64,000 bases of DNA, taken from contig JAQGDQ010002370.1 in the NCBI GenBank assembly GCA_030141605.1, forward strand, positions 213,167 to 277,166, given 5' to 3'. The notes below the pieces were generated by a model. That model saw only the letters and a program-made list of their open reading frames with translations, made no database searches and was not told the origin of the DNA. A program made the translations under genes and the position numbers. Shown piece after piece: positions 26,898 to 50,181 of this stretch (its first letter is position 1; each line of letters begins with the position of its first letter). Source of the stretch: Tubiluchus corallicola. Its lineage: Eukaryota; Animalia; Priapulida.

Positions 26898-29800
26898 ATT
26901 TCTTTATAAAAATGTATGATACATATGTACATATAATCATTTATCATTGTGTCATATTTGCAAAAAAGATGGTACATTTTACACTTTCTTGTTTCTGGAT
27001 GTTGCAATTTGAAAATTTTTGTAGGTATAAATGAACACTGTTCTTTATGGTATGAAGCAGAACTATTCAACTGTTGTTTTATTTTTTTATGAGCATTATT
27101 ACTGCATTGTTCATTAAGAGTATTTCCATTGAGTAGACGAATGTTTAATTGTATTTTTAAAAAAATCTGTACTCATTTCAGAAGAAAGTGTATCTTAAAG
27201 TGGATGTTGTATGATGTCAAATAGGTGTAACTAAATTTCTTTCAATGTGTAAATTATTTGCATTCAGAAAAAAGTGCTTCTTGTGTTTTTTCCTACTGGT
27301 TTTGTAAAATCGCAGTGACTTCCAAATAATGTTTAATGATGTTATTATGTAAACAGTTGGGTAAAAGAGATTGAAACCTTGAAAATTGTTTGTAACTTTG
27401 AAACTTAGAAAACATTAATCTAGTTGTTATTCCATTTTGAAAGAGTGTATGAGGTGACAATAATTGTCAAACACAATTGAAAAACAGTTTTTGAATAAAC
27501 CGAACGTTAATGTATAATTCCTAGGTTTTACAGAATGGTTGGTGTTTGCAGAATTGAATTGTTTAACTAGTGATTAAGGTATTTGCACATGTGCAATTCT
27601 CGCAGAGGTTTTGAGAAAAACCATTGGATGAAACATTTTGCCTGTAGTTACAAGGTATACTAATAGTCGCTACTGGCTGAGAGTGTTCTCAACACAGTTT
27701 TGGCATTTAGTGATATGCTGCACTTAATTTAAGGCTTATTTAATTTAAGGTTGTGAAAAGACACAGTCCTAACACCTGATTAATTACTAAGGACAATAAT
27801 CAATGAGACACTGAACTGGCAGAGGTACAGGTCTGTATGTTTATGTAGGTACTTCCTACCAATATAAGTATATGCAGTATGCCACATGACTAAGCACATG
27901 ACACACTATGACCATTGAGCTATTCTCTTCAATCTGTAAGTTACACTCTGTTCAGAATCAATGACTTGCACTGTTCCATGATGATAGGGATGGAGATAGA
28001 GATCTTTATTTTTATTAATTTGTTGAATTTTCAAATATATGTTCTGAGATTTTAATAGTAGTCAGCTGGCATTGCTTTGGCACTGGTTTACTGTAAGAAT
28101 TTGTGCGACACTAGTTATTTACCCTTTAGAGCTTTAGTCATTATGTAGTTATTAAATTTGTCAAAGAAGGGAAAAGACAGAGTCAAAGAGAGAGAGAAGG
28201 GGGGAGAGAAGTAATTTGTGTGAGTGCGTGAATGGCTGAGTGATCTGATAAATAGGTACAAATGCCATTTAGTCAAAAACCTTTGTAGAGGGAAGTAAAC
28301 GGGCAAAAACTTTTGTTCCTCATATTTAGGGCTTCTGTTTAATACACTTTACAAATTACAGTATTAGGCATGAACACATGTAGTTCGTACAACATAACTT
28401 GCACTCTTGCAGTTACAGGTCTACAAGTCTATGTATTATAGTTTTTGCAATATCCATTCAATGCATTATATAAAGGTATACTTTTACCTGTGTAATCATC
28501 TAATATTAAAAATATAACGATTTCTATTCTTTTGCTGTGTGTGCATATCGTGTAAATATTATAATGAATGTAATAGTAATTATTCAACGTGATGTAGCCA
28601 TGCAACTGAGTGCATGTTGCCAAGCTTCATGTTACTATCAGAAGCATGCCAAATTAATTATACATTCAATTTTGTGTTTATCAGGAAAGTGGGGATTATC
28701 GTAAACACAAATATAAGTAGACTACAAGGTTACGTAAATTGCCAATAAAATGTGCATACTACAAAGAAAAGATAAGTTTAGGACAGTAGAGAACCAAATC
28801 TTCAGAGACTTCTGTAAGAACGAAAGAGGCATCTATATGTGTCACTTTAAAAGTCATTGTACAGACTATCAAGGCAGGTCACGGCAACCGAGTGTTATTT
28901 TTATGCAAAGCATGTCATAACAAGCTACACTTGGCCAGTTAAGAGGATTGAGTTAGAGAATTAAAAGATGAATACAATGCTGTTAACTAAATATGTAAAC
29001 AGACAGAGCGTAGAAAAATAGATGGTTGAACAAAATAGAATTCTTTGCTAATTTCTAGTGAGCAGGAATCTGTTAATGTTTGTAAAAAATAACTGTTATT
29101 GCGACATAATTGGAGAAGCTTGCAAAATTGCAGCATAGCTCATTTTTAAAGTGATTTGTTAAAATGTTTAGGACAGAAAACTAGATCGTTAGTTACAGAA
29201 ATTAAAACATAACGTTAGACAGTGGTTTCTTTGAAGCCATACATGTTGATCTACAAGTTAAAGTAGGATTTGAGGAGTAAGTATTGATTTGAGGCTGGTG
29301 GTACAACACCTGGCATAGACAATAGTGTTGCATCACCGTAGAGTGTACATTCCTCACTTGTTGAATCTAGTCCTATCAGCGTACATCGGTCATCCCTCAT
29401 ACAATGATACATACATCTCACTTCTAAATATGTTGATTCAGTTCTAGAAAAAAGAAGAAGTATTCTAGGTTTCCTACGGTTAAATTTCGTTCAATACTGT
29501 AATTACCCGCATGCAAAATTTACACATGTAATAAGAATGAGTATGCGAAAATCTTTCGTACAAAGGTCGGAGTCATAAGACACAACAAGTGCAAGAGTAT
29601 ACAAGTCAAGATGATTCAAGTTTTTCTTTTTTTGAATATTTATGTGCGACTAACATTACTTTTCCCTATCTGGATTCTGTTTTAAAGTTCATCATCATCA
29701 TACGCCCGTCACATCTATTGTAGACATTGGGCAGGCACAATTATAAAATAAAAGAAATCTGCCTTCAGACAGGTAAACGCAGCAGTAATCCAACAAAAAA

Positions 29801-30439
29801 ACTACACACTGCTACGCCAGTGGCTTGTCAGCACCACTTCCATTTCCTTTAAAGTTGTTGCGGTTTTAACTATTTGTGTGTTAAACGACATTTAAAAGGA
29901 TGCCTAGGTACATGTATACCGATTTTATTAACCGTTTATTCTAAAAAGTCATTTTCTTTTTTAATGCACGACGATTAATGTAGCAAAACCAATGTCCACA
30001 ATTAACCCAGTGGAGTTTTTTCGGCAAAATTACCTTAGTTTTGCCCAGAAATCTTGCTTAGAAAACCATAGTAGCAAAACGGTAAAACCTAGGTTTGCGT
30101 TTTCTGGAGAGTAATCAGGATTTTGCTCAGACAAATCAGGTTTAATAGACGATTGTGCTTACTTCGTGGCTATAATGTCTACAGTTTTTCCATTCGTATC
30201 TGCGGCATTGCCTCTCGTCCATTCATGTTTTCCCTCGTTAATTACTTGTCCTGTGTCAAAATAATTAAGCACGTTTATGTACAGCTCAAAAAAGTCAGTT
30301 AGCATAAAAACAATGATAGAAATCATGGCCTCCAAGACTCCAAAAACAACTTTGCAGAACAAAAAATGCTTTCGGCCCCTGTCGATTCTGCAACATTGAA
30401 TATTCGTGGTCTATTTATTTTATCTAAACTCCCAATTAA

Positions 30440-31079
30440 AGTGCAAGAAAGCCCTCCACTTACATAAAGCTTAAAAATTCGTCTTGAAATTTTATACCAC
30501 TTACATACTGTCTTTTCATATGCATGGCTTGCATCGGCAGTAACGCTGTATAAAACTTGTAAATTCAAACACCCGCGATGACCGTTAGACGCAGCCAGTT
30601 TTTAATGGTAGGTCGTTTGAAACAAGTTTAGATAACATTGCGTGCAATTTGAAAAAATAATCAGAGCAATCGTAGCACACATGTTACTAACAAAGTAAAA
30701 TTTTAAATTACTGTATCTTCTCAATAAGATTAAAAAACGTTTTAGGGTGAGCCAGCGATATTTTTCCAATTGGCACGAAAATTTAAGTTATTATTTATAC
30801 TTACATAAGGCTTTCCAGCAGGTAAGCGAAATGCCAAGTAATATAGATTTGCATTGAAAGTTTTTTGGGACATAATTTAACATTGCCTTTTCTTCCCCTG
30901 ATTTACATTTGCATAAGCGACGTCGTGTAACGGTGACTTCAGAACAGTATTGCGGGAGATTCAAAATGAAAACAAACAAAAATTCCCTTTAACGCGAGTA
31001 CGATATATGCATGAAAATGCTGTAAAGTAATATAATTTTTTAAGGCAATTTTTCTGAAACCTACTTCTTTTCTTGTCCT
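30440..31079 (+). mobile_element. Kolobok-like non-autonomous element, copy 2 (intergenic)
   Basis: TTAA|AGTGCAAGAAAG at the left end and TTTTCTTGTCCT at the right end (right target site degenerate); colinear with copy 1 throughout. Confidence 0.8.
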
Positions 31080-31420
31080 GTATAAGTTAAAAACGTTTAT
31101 CGCACAACACAAAATTTTTGCTTCTTTGTAAAAAACATGGTTATGATGAAATATCCACATAGATTTTTGGCGTGTGATTGAATGCACAACTGAACACAAC
31201 ACAAAGACAAAAAGAGTGTGTAAATTCATATGCGGTTCCTGACCGTGTTTCTGTTGAACACTCTTTTGATAAGCCCTGATGAAATTATCGAAATATACCT
31301 GACGAAAAAATCGTAAAACAATTCTTGGACAACGTGTGTGTTTGTAAATACTTGTGTGTTGTTATTTCCTATTATTGTTACTAACTTTAATTACACATTA
31401 TAAGATATGGGAACAAAATA

Positions 31421-31556
31421 ATCCATCCATCTACCTATCTCTCTATATCTATATCTATGTCTATATCTATATCTATATCTATATCTATATCTATATCTAT
31501 ATCTATATCTATATCTATATCTATATCTATATCTATCTATCTATCTATCTATCTAC

Positions 31557-31626
<70 letters not shown>

Positions 31627-31689
31627 CATCCATCCATCCATCCATCCATCCATCCATCTATCTATATGTATATATATATATACATATAT
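31421..31689. repeat. Compound microsatellite (ATATCT)n-(ATCT)n-(ATCC)n-(AT)n
   Basis: Directly visible. Confidence 0.97.
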
Positions 31690-33260
31690 GCAATCCGAAG
31701 CAAATATATATACGTAAAACAAAGGGGATTGCAATATATGTGTCTGTAAAAATGAATGAGGCTTACCTTTGACAAAGTGAATGATTTCACAGCAGCAAAT
31801 TATCACGCTCACCTGTAAAAATAATATTCAAGAAGACTGAATGACAAAATGCTGATACAGAACGAAACTATAGTCAGTCTTAGCTATATTATTAATTTAA
31901 TCATACGGATCTATTGACTGTAGGTAATCCATTGTGTCTAAAGATTTATCCCAACGAAGTATACAGGATTTACGGCATGAAGCGCCTTTTTTGTGTCAAC
32001 TTACTATGCCGATCTTCATTTTTATGCCGAAATCCCAACAAAATAATGTGACAAAGCTGCTAGTTTTCCTTGTGTGTAAGTTGATGAAGCCGCTCTGCGA
32101 TACCAGTTACAGTTGCGCATAACTTCCAAGAGAGTCGCCAGTTGATATATTTCTAGCTTAATGAATCCATACACCCGAGTCACACATTATTGGTTAACAC
32201 GAAAAGTTGTAATCTAGTGCTAGACTTGAATTTTAGTGTTGATATAGTCCAAAAACGTTTTACAAGTAAAAAAACAGTGGCGGCAAGGTTTCCAGCTTTC
32301 ATTTAAAATTTAAAATTAACCAGTGATGCAGTTGTTTTCTGCAGAAAATACCAAAGCTAAAATTGAGACATATCCCTAAGACATTAAGCTTTCAGATAAA
32401 TCTTAATAACCATAAAATTGTGTAACTTGCGTGCATGGCTAAATTAGAAATAGGGACTACATCGACCGGCGACTTTACTAGGAATTAGAAGGTCAAGTTT
32501 TTCCTGTGTTACTGGCAAATGGCTAAAGGCATCAAGATTTACAAGACGTTCTCAGTTGAGAAACTATTTCTGCCTTGTTTATCAAAAGCCCCGACTCGTT
32601 ATATTGACCTTTGGCTGCAATATTATACCTTGACTAAATAACGTGAGCTTATAATACGTCCCGTTTAGCGCGAACCAATTTAAATAGTAAAGTAAATAAC
32701 AATTCTCATCTCATTTCTGCAATTAATGCAAATAATGCTGGGTTCCAAAGATCATAAGAAATATACACAGATCTCTCAATAACCAAATTTCTGTATGAAC
32801 AACGAATGAAAAGAGTAATATTATTAATAAGTTAAACTGGATTGCTAAATGAGATAGCTGTTCGACGCGAGAAATTTCGTGAGAATATTTTTGTCGTTTA
32901 TATTGTGAGCAGCCTTCAAGGTAATTTTGCTTGCTTACATTTTCTTCTAAGATAGATATCTTGTAGAAGCCACTGTTCTTGTGAAATTTGAATCTGAATC
33001 AAAGTAAAAATTACAACGTAAATGTTTAATGTTTTTTCAAGTGTTTTGTAATAATGTGTGGCTTAATTACTTTCACCTTTATTAAGGCATTATAATAAAA
33101 TAAATTGTTATGTAAAGCGCAAGATCCAATGGCGAAAAATATAAATCTGATGGTGTTGCCAATCACGATTCATAAAAGAATTTTAAATAAACAAATATCT
33201 AAAAATATGCTAAATCGACAGTTACTGGCTTCTGTACAGAATTTTTAAAACACATGCGGA

Positions 33261-44463
<11,203 letters not shown>

Positions 44464-47058
44464 ACTGCAGGTTAAGCACTGCGGGTTGTATATATAACAC
44501 ATTGCGACATTTATTTGACATTTGTAATGATAAATTTTTGAACTAAAAAGTTCAAATTTTTGAAAAAAACTTTTTAAGGATTACATTAAGGCATACATGT
44601 GATGGAAATATTTACTATGTTTTATAACATTTTTTGCGAGTATAGCTAGACTAAAGTGCTTTAAAAAATTATAATTGTACCTCGCAATTTCCCGTCCACA
44701 CTGAGACGTAATAATTTTATTTTGACTACTAAAACTACACTCGTAGTTCACATGAAAAAATCTTCTCTGACTGTTTTTTCATTTCTTATGCATAGTCAAC
44801 TGCACATAACTTAGATGCTTAGGAGGCCAAAGAAATGGTCGAATTGAAAAATGAATCGAGTTTAAGCGAAACCACCCATGCAGGTGCCATGTTACTCTGT
44901 GGATGGTCTGTTCGCTTACAAAGGGCTTTATCTTTGTTATATACATATATATATCTTATATATATATATGTATACATATTTCTGTTATTGTAATGTATTT
45001 CTTTTTACTGTTTTATTTTATGTAATATTAACTGAATAATTTAAATCTTAATTAAAACTAAAATAAAATGAGATAAGGAATAAGGACAACTAATTTTCGT
45101 TGGAACAACACTGTTGTCATTTTTGTGCTTGTTATGAATAGTGTATTTGAGAGTTCTTTAATAATTTGATTGAAGATTTGTTTAATGAATTAACAATTAC
45201 ATTGTTTTATAAAAAGGTTTAATAAAGTGCTCATATAGTAATTATAATACCCATTATTTTTGTTTTTTTAAGTGTTACAGGAAGTAAGGAAATTAGCTGT
45301 GCAATTCTATGATTGTTTGGTTGTCATGATCGCAAGTAATTATGAATAATATAATCTAATTTCAAGGTTATTAGTTAATAACGAAATAAGCTCGCCAGTA
45401 TTTTAGTTTTTGAAACCAAATTGAGCATGGATGAGGAGATGGATGAGAAGAAAGTGAGCCCAGATTTGCACCAAGAATCTTTGGAATACAAGTTCAGTTC
45501 CATGGCACTTAACTGTACATGCCTATGTGATAATATTCAGTTCTAACAGTTAACTAACCAATTCAATATTTTCAAGTGTTAGCTTGCTCAAGCCAGAATA
45601 ATTATTAGCTAGGTTAGTTTAAAATTGTCTTCGCGCCATGAGTTTAATTAATTTTGGGGTAATTATTATTTATATTATGAATTTCAAAATTATTGCTTAA
45701 TAGCGGAATAAATTTTGGTTAAACGTAAAGAAAATATGAAGCAGTCGCTATGATTTCGGAGTCGCGGGTACGTTGTATCATAATTACGAGTATTCTTCAT
45801 AGAAAGTCCTTCGAGTCTAACTTCTGCTGGTCGAAAATATTAGCTTGTTCAGCAATCCACATTGAGCAATCCACATTGTTGCCTACTATACACATACACA
45901 CATACAATCATCCATACACCTGGAGATTGCTGCCTCTTGTTACTATCCTTCTCTCGCGGATATTACATTCTCTGCAGTTACGATGTATTAGGGAAGCCAA
46001 GTTGGTTTACGGGTTACGGGTCAAGGGTTACCGGTCGGTACAGAGGATTATATACGAGCTTTAATTTCGCATTAGAATTTAAAAGCTACCCATTACTTTT
46101 CTTGACGATGCCACTGTCTTAGTTTGTTTTTTCTATAAAATTGTGAGTTGAATAGTCACAAAAATGAAAAATCGCGAAAACTACCACCGTTAGGTAGAAC
46201 TTTTCGTAGTGTCATTATACAGTCGTTAGTGCACAGTTTTTTAAAAAGTTACCAAAATGTGGGTGCTGCACTATATCTTGTTTTATTCTGCTTTCTAGGC
46301 CTAATCGCCTTGCAGTGAACTAAACGTCCTCTGATCTTGGTTCCTACTTAGTAAAAAAATTAAATCCAGTGAAATTTTTTCAGAACTTTGCTATTATGTG
46401 CTTTTTTAGAACGTCTATAAAACTAAAATTTATAACTAATATTTCTTTATTTTTGTATAAAATTATTCTAAACGAGAAAAACAGTTTAATTTACCTAATT
46501 CGGGATGGGAGCATCTATACTTTCTCAGTTTGTTTTACGCCGGCTAGACATAGCAGCTATTTCAAAAACTTTGCTTTTATTTTTAGACTTTCACCTTTTC
46601 GCACTTTGAGTACAATGGGAAAAAAAATCTGTGGACTCTAGTTTAAGGAGGTTTTAGAGATAAATGTGTTTTTAAAGCCAATGTGTCGTGTAAAGTTTGA
46701 TGAAACACCTTCGCGCCGTCAAGAAAACGTAGCTTCAAATAAAAGGAACAATTAATAAAAACTATTTTGAGCTTTTTTGTTATTTGTGCATTAGTTCTGG
46801 CGTAGTGCTCTAATAATTACTTAGGTGTCATTTCGTGTTGACATAATTTGGTTTATTGAGGATTGAAAACTACACGTTTTTTGGGTAATATAATTAATTT
46901 TCTGGTTTCATAAAGAGACTTGTTTTGGCTTTCGGCAGTAGCCCTCTAATTTGAGGCTTCAGCATGCTATTATGTTAGACGGTTTACAAACAGTATATTC
47001 ACTATGAATACCGCCAGATGTCAGGAAGTTGTAGCACGTACCAGTCAATAGTCAATAT

Positions 47059-47986
47059 ATGGGTGACAACATTCGCGAAGTCGGTGAAATTCCAAGGAAC
47101 ACTAATGATTATTCAGCTAGTGGAAGCAGTATGCACGTACCTTTATACGAAGAAGTTCCAGATTCCGGCATTCAATTTGCGAGAATGCCGAAAAATGTAG
47201 AGAAAAGGAAGCCAATTGGACATGCTGTGAGTGTCAGTGAACTTGATGCTTTAAGAATACATTATAGAAATATATTTTATTGTTTGAATGAAATGATACT
47301 GAGTAACAAAATACGCACAAATTACTTTTTTCTTGGCACATCTTGATCATACTATTCATTATTCGCTTGTCGGATCTATGTTGTTTAATAGTTTATTAAA
47401 CTATTGTCTAGTGAATATATCAGACAAGAGTTTCTAGATTTGTTAGCTACTATTTATATTGCTCCCTCTGTTTTGTTCCACATTGCTGTTTAGGTTTTTA
47501 CCTATTACGTGCTGAAGTAGGCATATTAACGCGGTGAATTAGTTTAACAAGGTTTTTCTGTGTTCACTTTTATAAAGCACTAGTTGTAGTAACATATTGA
47601 ATATGATTTACTATTACTACGTTTATAAATTTCTTTTTGCTCTTGTATACGATATGCCATAGTTGATTAATTATTAACGTAAAGTGCATCAGGTATATCT
47701 CGATAATAAAACGAATTATTTTTGAGCTTTTGAGCTTGTTTAATTTTTGGCAAGTGAAGCTGCCTACTGCTGTTGCTTTTTCATTGCAATCTAATTAGGT
47801 ACTTCCTTATATACGTTTTATTTTCACCGCAATTCACCAATTTTGCATTTATAGGTGATGGGTGTAATTCTTGGAGTCATCTATCTGCAGCAGGAACTAA
47901 ACCAGGAAGCCGTGCAAAACATCATTTCTGTCTTGTTTATTTCAATTATAGTCATGTCTGTGAACAACGCTTACACAGTAGTAAAT
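47059..47986 (+). pseudogene. White-like ABCG relic (copy B): only the exon 1 and exon 12 homologues remain
   Basis: 47059-47250 encodes ..NDYSASGSSMHVPLYEEVPDSGIQFARMPKNV..VSVSELDA, homologous to exon 1 of copies C/D, but the donor is mutated (GCT|ttaaga vs GCG|gtaagt). 47855-47986 is a 132-nt AG/GT-bounded homologue of exon 12 ([23 protein letters not shown]..). Exons 2-11 and 13-19 were not found. Confidence 0.85.
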
Positions 47987-48219
47987 GTAGGTGCTAAATT
48001 GCACAAAAGTTCATCTAGTCAGTTGAAGCCCTTTTCTTTTCGCCATTGTTGTTGAAGTTGGTTGTGTTCAACAGGTTATCGGTTCAAGCCGAAAAGCTGT
48101 CAGATTTTTTTGTGGAGTATAACACTTTTCAAACTTTGACCAGTGCTCAATGGCAGACTTTAACTAATGTAGATGTTGCAACGACACTAATTCTGGACAC
48201 TGAACGGCAGAACTGGAAC

Positions 48220-48375
48220 TAGTAAGTTCGGTAGAAGTAAGTTTGGTCCTGGTAATTTTGGTACGATGAAATTTTGGTACCGGGAAAATTTGGTACTGGT
48301 AAATATGGTACTAATGAAGTTTTGTCAGGCACTTTTGGTACAAGTAAATACAGTACAAGGTAAAAATGGTATGGA
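48220..48375. repeat. Degenerate ~15-bp minisatellite, consensus about GGTAAATTTGGTACN
   Basis: About 10 imperfect units (AGTAAGTTTGGTCCT, GGTAATTTTGGTACG, GGTAAATATGGTACT ...); may be a transposon subterminal array. Confidence 0.75.
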
Positions 48376-48614
48376 ATGAGTTTGGAATTACACAAGCGAG
48401 AACAACATCACAGCGAAATGAGCGGCTCTATAGAGTTATTTTCATGCGAATAACCCAAAAACATAATATTAACCCAAAAGCAAAAATCAAGTCTCTTGAG
48501 AAATTGGGCATATTTTAACATTTGAGAAAAATGTACGAAAGTTTCAACAATAAAATTGTTGGACTATAGGCCTTGGGGCGGTCATTTCGAAATAAAGTAA
48601 AAGTAGAAAGTAAA

Positions 48615-48970
48615 AAAAAAGATTATTTTTCTCTGAATGTTACAAAATAAACATAAACAAACGCTAAAAACTAAAATAAAGACGGGGTGGCGAAAAGACC
48701 AAGGGTCACCAAGTCAACCACCCCTATTCAAACTGAAGAAAATTAAGTGACCTGTCAAGTAAGGTATGTACAAATGAAAATAATCAGCAACTTAACAAAA
48801 TAAAAAATAAATGAGGCAAAAGTTCAAATGAGTTTAAACTTAGAAACAATAAATAAATTTGGCAATGAGAAGAGGCAAAATTTAAATTAGCAAACAAAAC
48901 GGAAAATTTAAACTAAACACTTATTTCGCCAGAGCTTGAACGAACTTCTTTTGCAGTTACAGTTACTACT
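48615..48970 (-). mobile_element. Probable 3' end of a CR1/L2-type LINE
   Basis: The minus strand reads an ORF-end-like remnant (KRSSFKLWRNKCL), a T-rich UTR and a stem-loop GGGGTGG..CCACCCC (48684-48724) before a T-rich end. This layout is typical of LINE 3' UTRs. Confidence 0.4.
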
Positions 48971-49202
48971 ATTTAATACAAATAACAGAATAATTATTTT
49001 AGCAAGCTAAAACTGAACTCTATGCGTTAAGTTTGCGCAGCTTCGCATAACTCTACGCTTACCTGTAATAATGTTGTGTATTATTTACGCATTTTGAGTT
49101 ATAATCCCGTGGATTAAAGCTATGCAAACACTTAAAAGTTATTAAAAACGGATCGGTCGACTAATTTTTAACACAGTTAAACACAAATAATTAAGTGGTG
49201 TT

Positions 49203-49393
49203 TACTAGACATCCGGAATGCGTATGCGTTATGCGGATGCAAAATAGATAAAATCGGTTTATATTGTTTTCAATGCACCCGTTTATCAAACTTACGTTAT
49301 GCGTTATTTTTTCCTGCAGCTATGTCCCATTGATATTTTATACGCAGGTATTCCGCATTTGGATAATGCATAACGCATTCCGGATGCTCTGTA
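49203..49393. mobile_element. Small MITE with terminal inverted repeats upstream of white-C
   Basis: Left end TACTAGACATCCGGAATGCGTATGCGTTATGC and right end GCATAACGCATTCCGGATGCTCTGTA are inverted repeats with internal ATGCGTT subrepeats. Only the right end recurs, at 61424-61456. Confidence 0.7.
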
Positions 49394-50181
49394 AGCGACT
49401 CTTTAGTCAGCTACTATAGTGGAATTTTTGAGTGAAGTGCAAAAGCATCGTATGCATGCCTTCGTGCTTTCCACCAACTTACGTAATTTTTTACAATACT
49501 CCCGCAGCGAGGTTTGTTTGGCGAGAGATATAAATGACTTAAATTTCTTTCGCAATTTTAAGCAACGCATTTTATGCGCCTATATTACGTCTTAATTAAG
49601 ATTTTTAGGTGTATATTAAAACACAATCTTATTCGAGAATTGGTTCTTCCTCTAAGCAAAAACTTCCATTTATTTAAGTCAACCAGGCAGTCTTTTAGTG
49701 TGTACAGCTATGCTTTCTCAATTTACGTTACAGTCACATATAATAGCCATTTAAAAGCTCCTGCAGTTTTGACCTTTAGACTTTCACCTTTTTTGCACCT
49801 TGAATGTTGTGCGGCATAAAAAACAGTGTTTGTTTGCTACTAGTTGATATTAAGTAAAATCGATGTGTGGTGTGAACTTTTGATGATACAGTTCTGTGCC
49901 TCACCAATAAGACGTAACAATTAATTGAAAACTATTCTGGGATTTTTTTATTAATTGTTTTGATTCTTATTTTAGTTGTTTAAGTTTAAAGAAATAGTTT
50001 CGCTTTTGTTAATCCATGTTAAAATTCATTGTGAAACGTGGCTTTTCACAATATACCATCGTTGTGTGAGCTTGAAGTACAATATTTTATGCCTCTGTAA
50101 GTGACACGTTTTGCCTTAAGCAAATGTTTGAATCATTATAAGTGAACGTCATTTAAAACGTTCTGCTAGAGCATGCTCAGT

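Noticed and set aside
28790-28942. Peptide LFLCKACHNKLH resembling an HNH or zinc-finger motif
   Set aside because: Short frame bounded by stops, with no ATG or splice context and no upstream HNH residues; probably a decayed transposon remnant.
31275-31322. CCCTGATGAAATTATCGAAA plus a degenerate second copy, resembling a minimal hammerhead ribozyme
   Set aside because: Stem II lacks a closing pair and there is no 3' strand complementary to stem I; an Infernal hammerhead search would settle it.
45427-45546. 39-codon ORF MDEEMDEKKVSPDLHQES..
   Set aside because: Isolated, with no homology to the white exons or any family I recognise.
48220-48375. Repeat array considered as CRISPR-like or pentapeptide-coding
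   Set aside because: Units are contiguous with no spacers, the frame is not maintained, and the context is eukaryotic.
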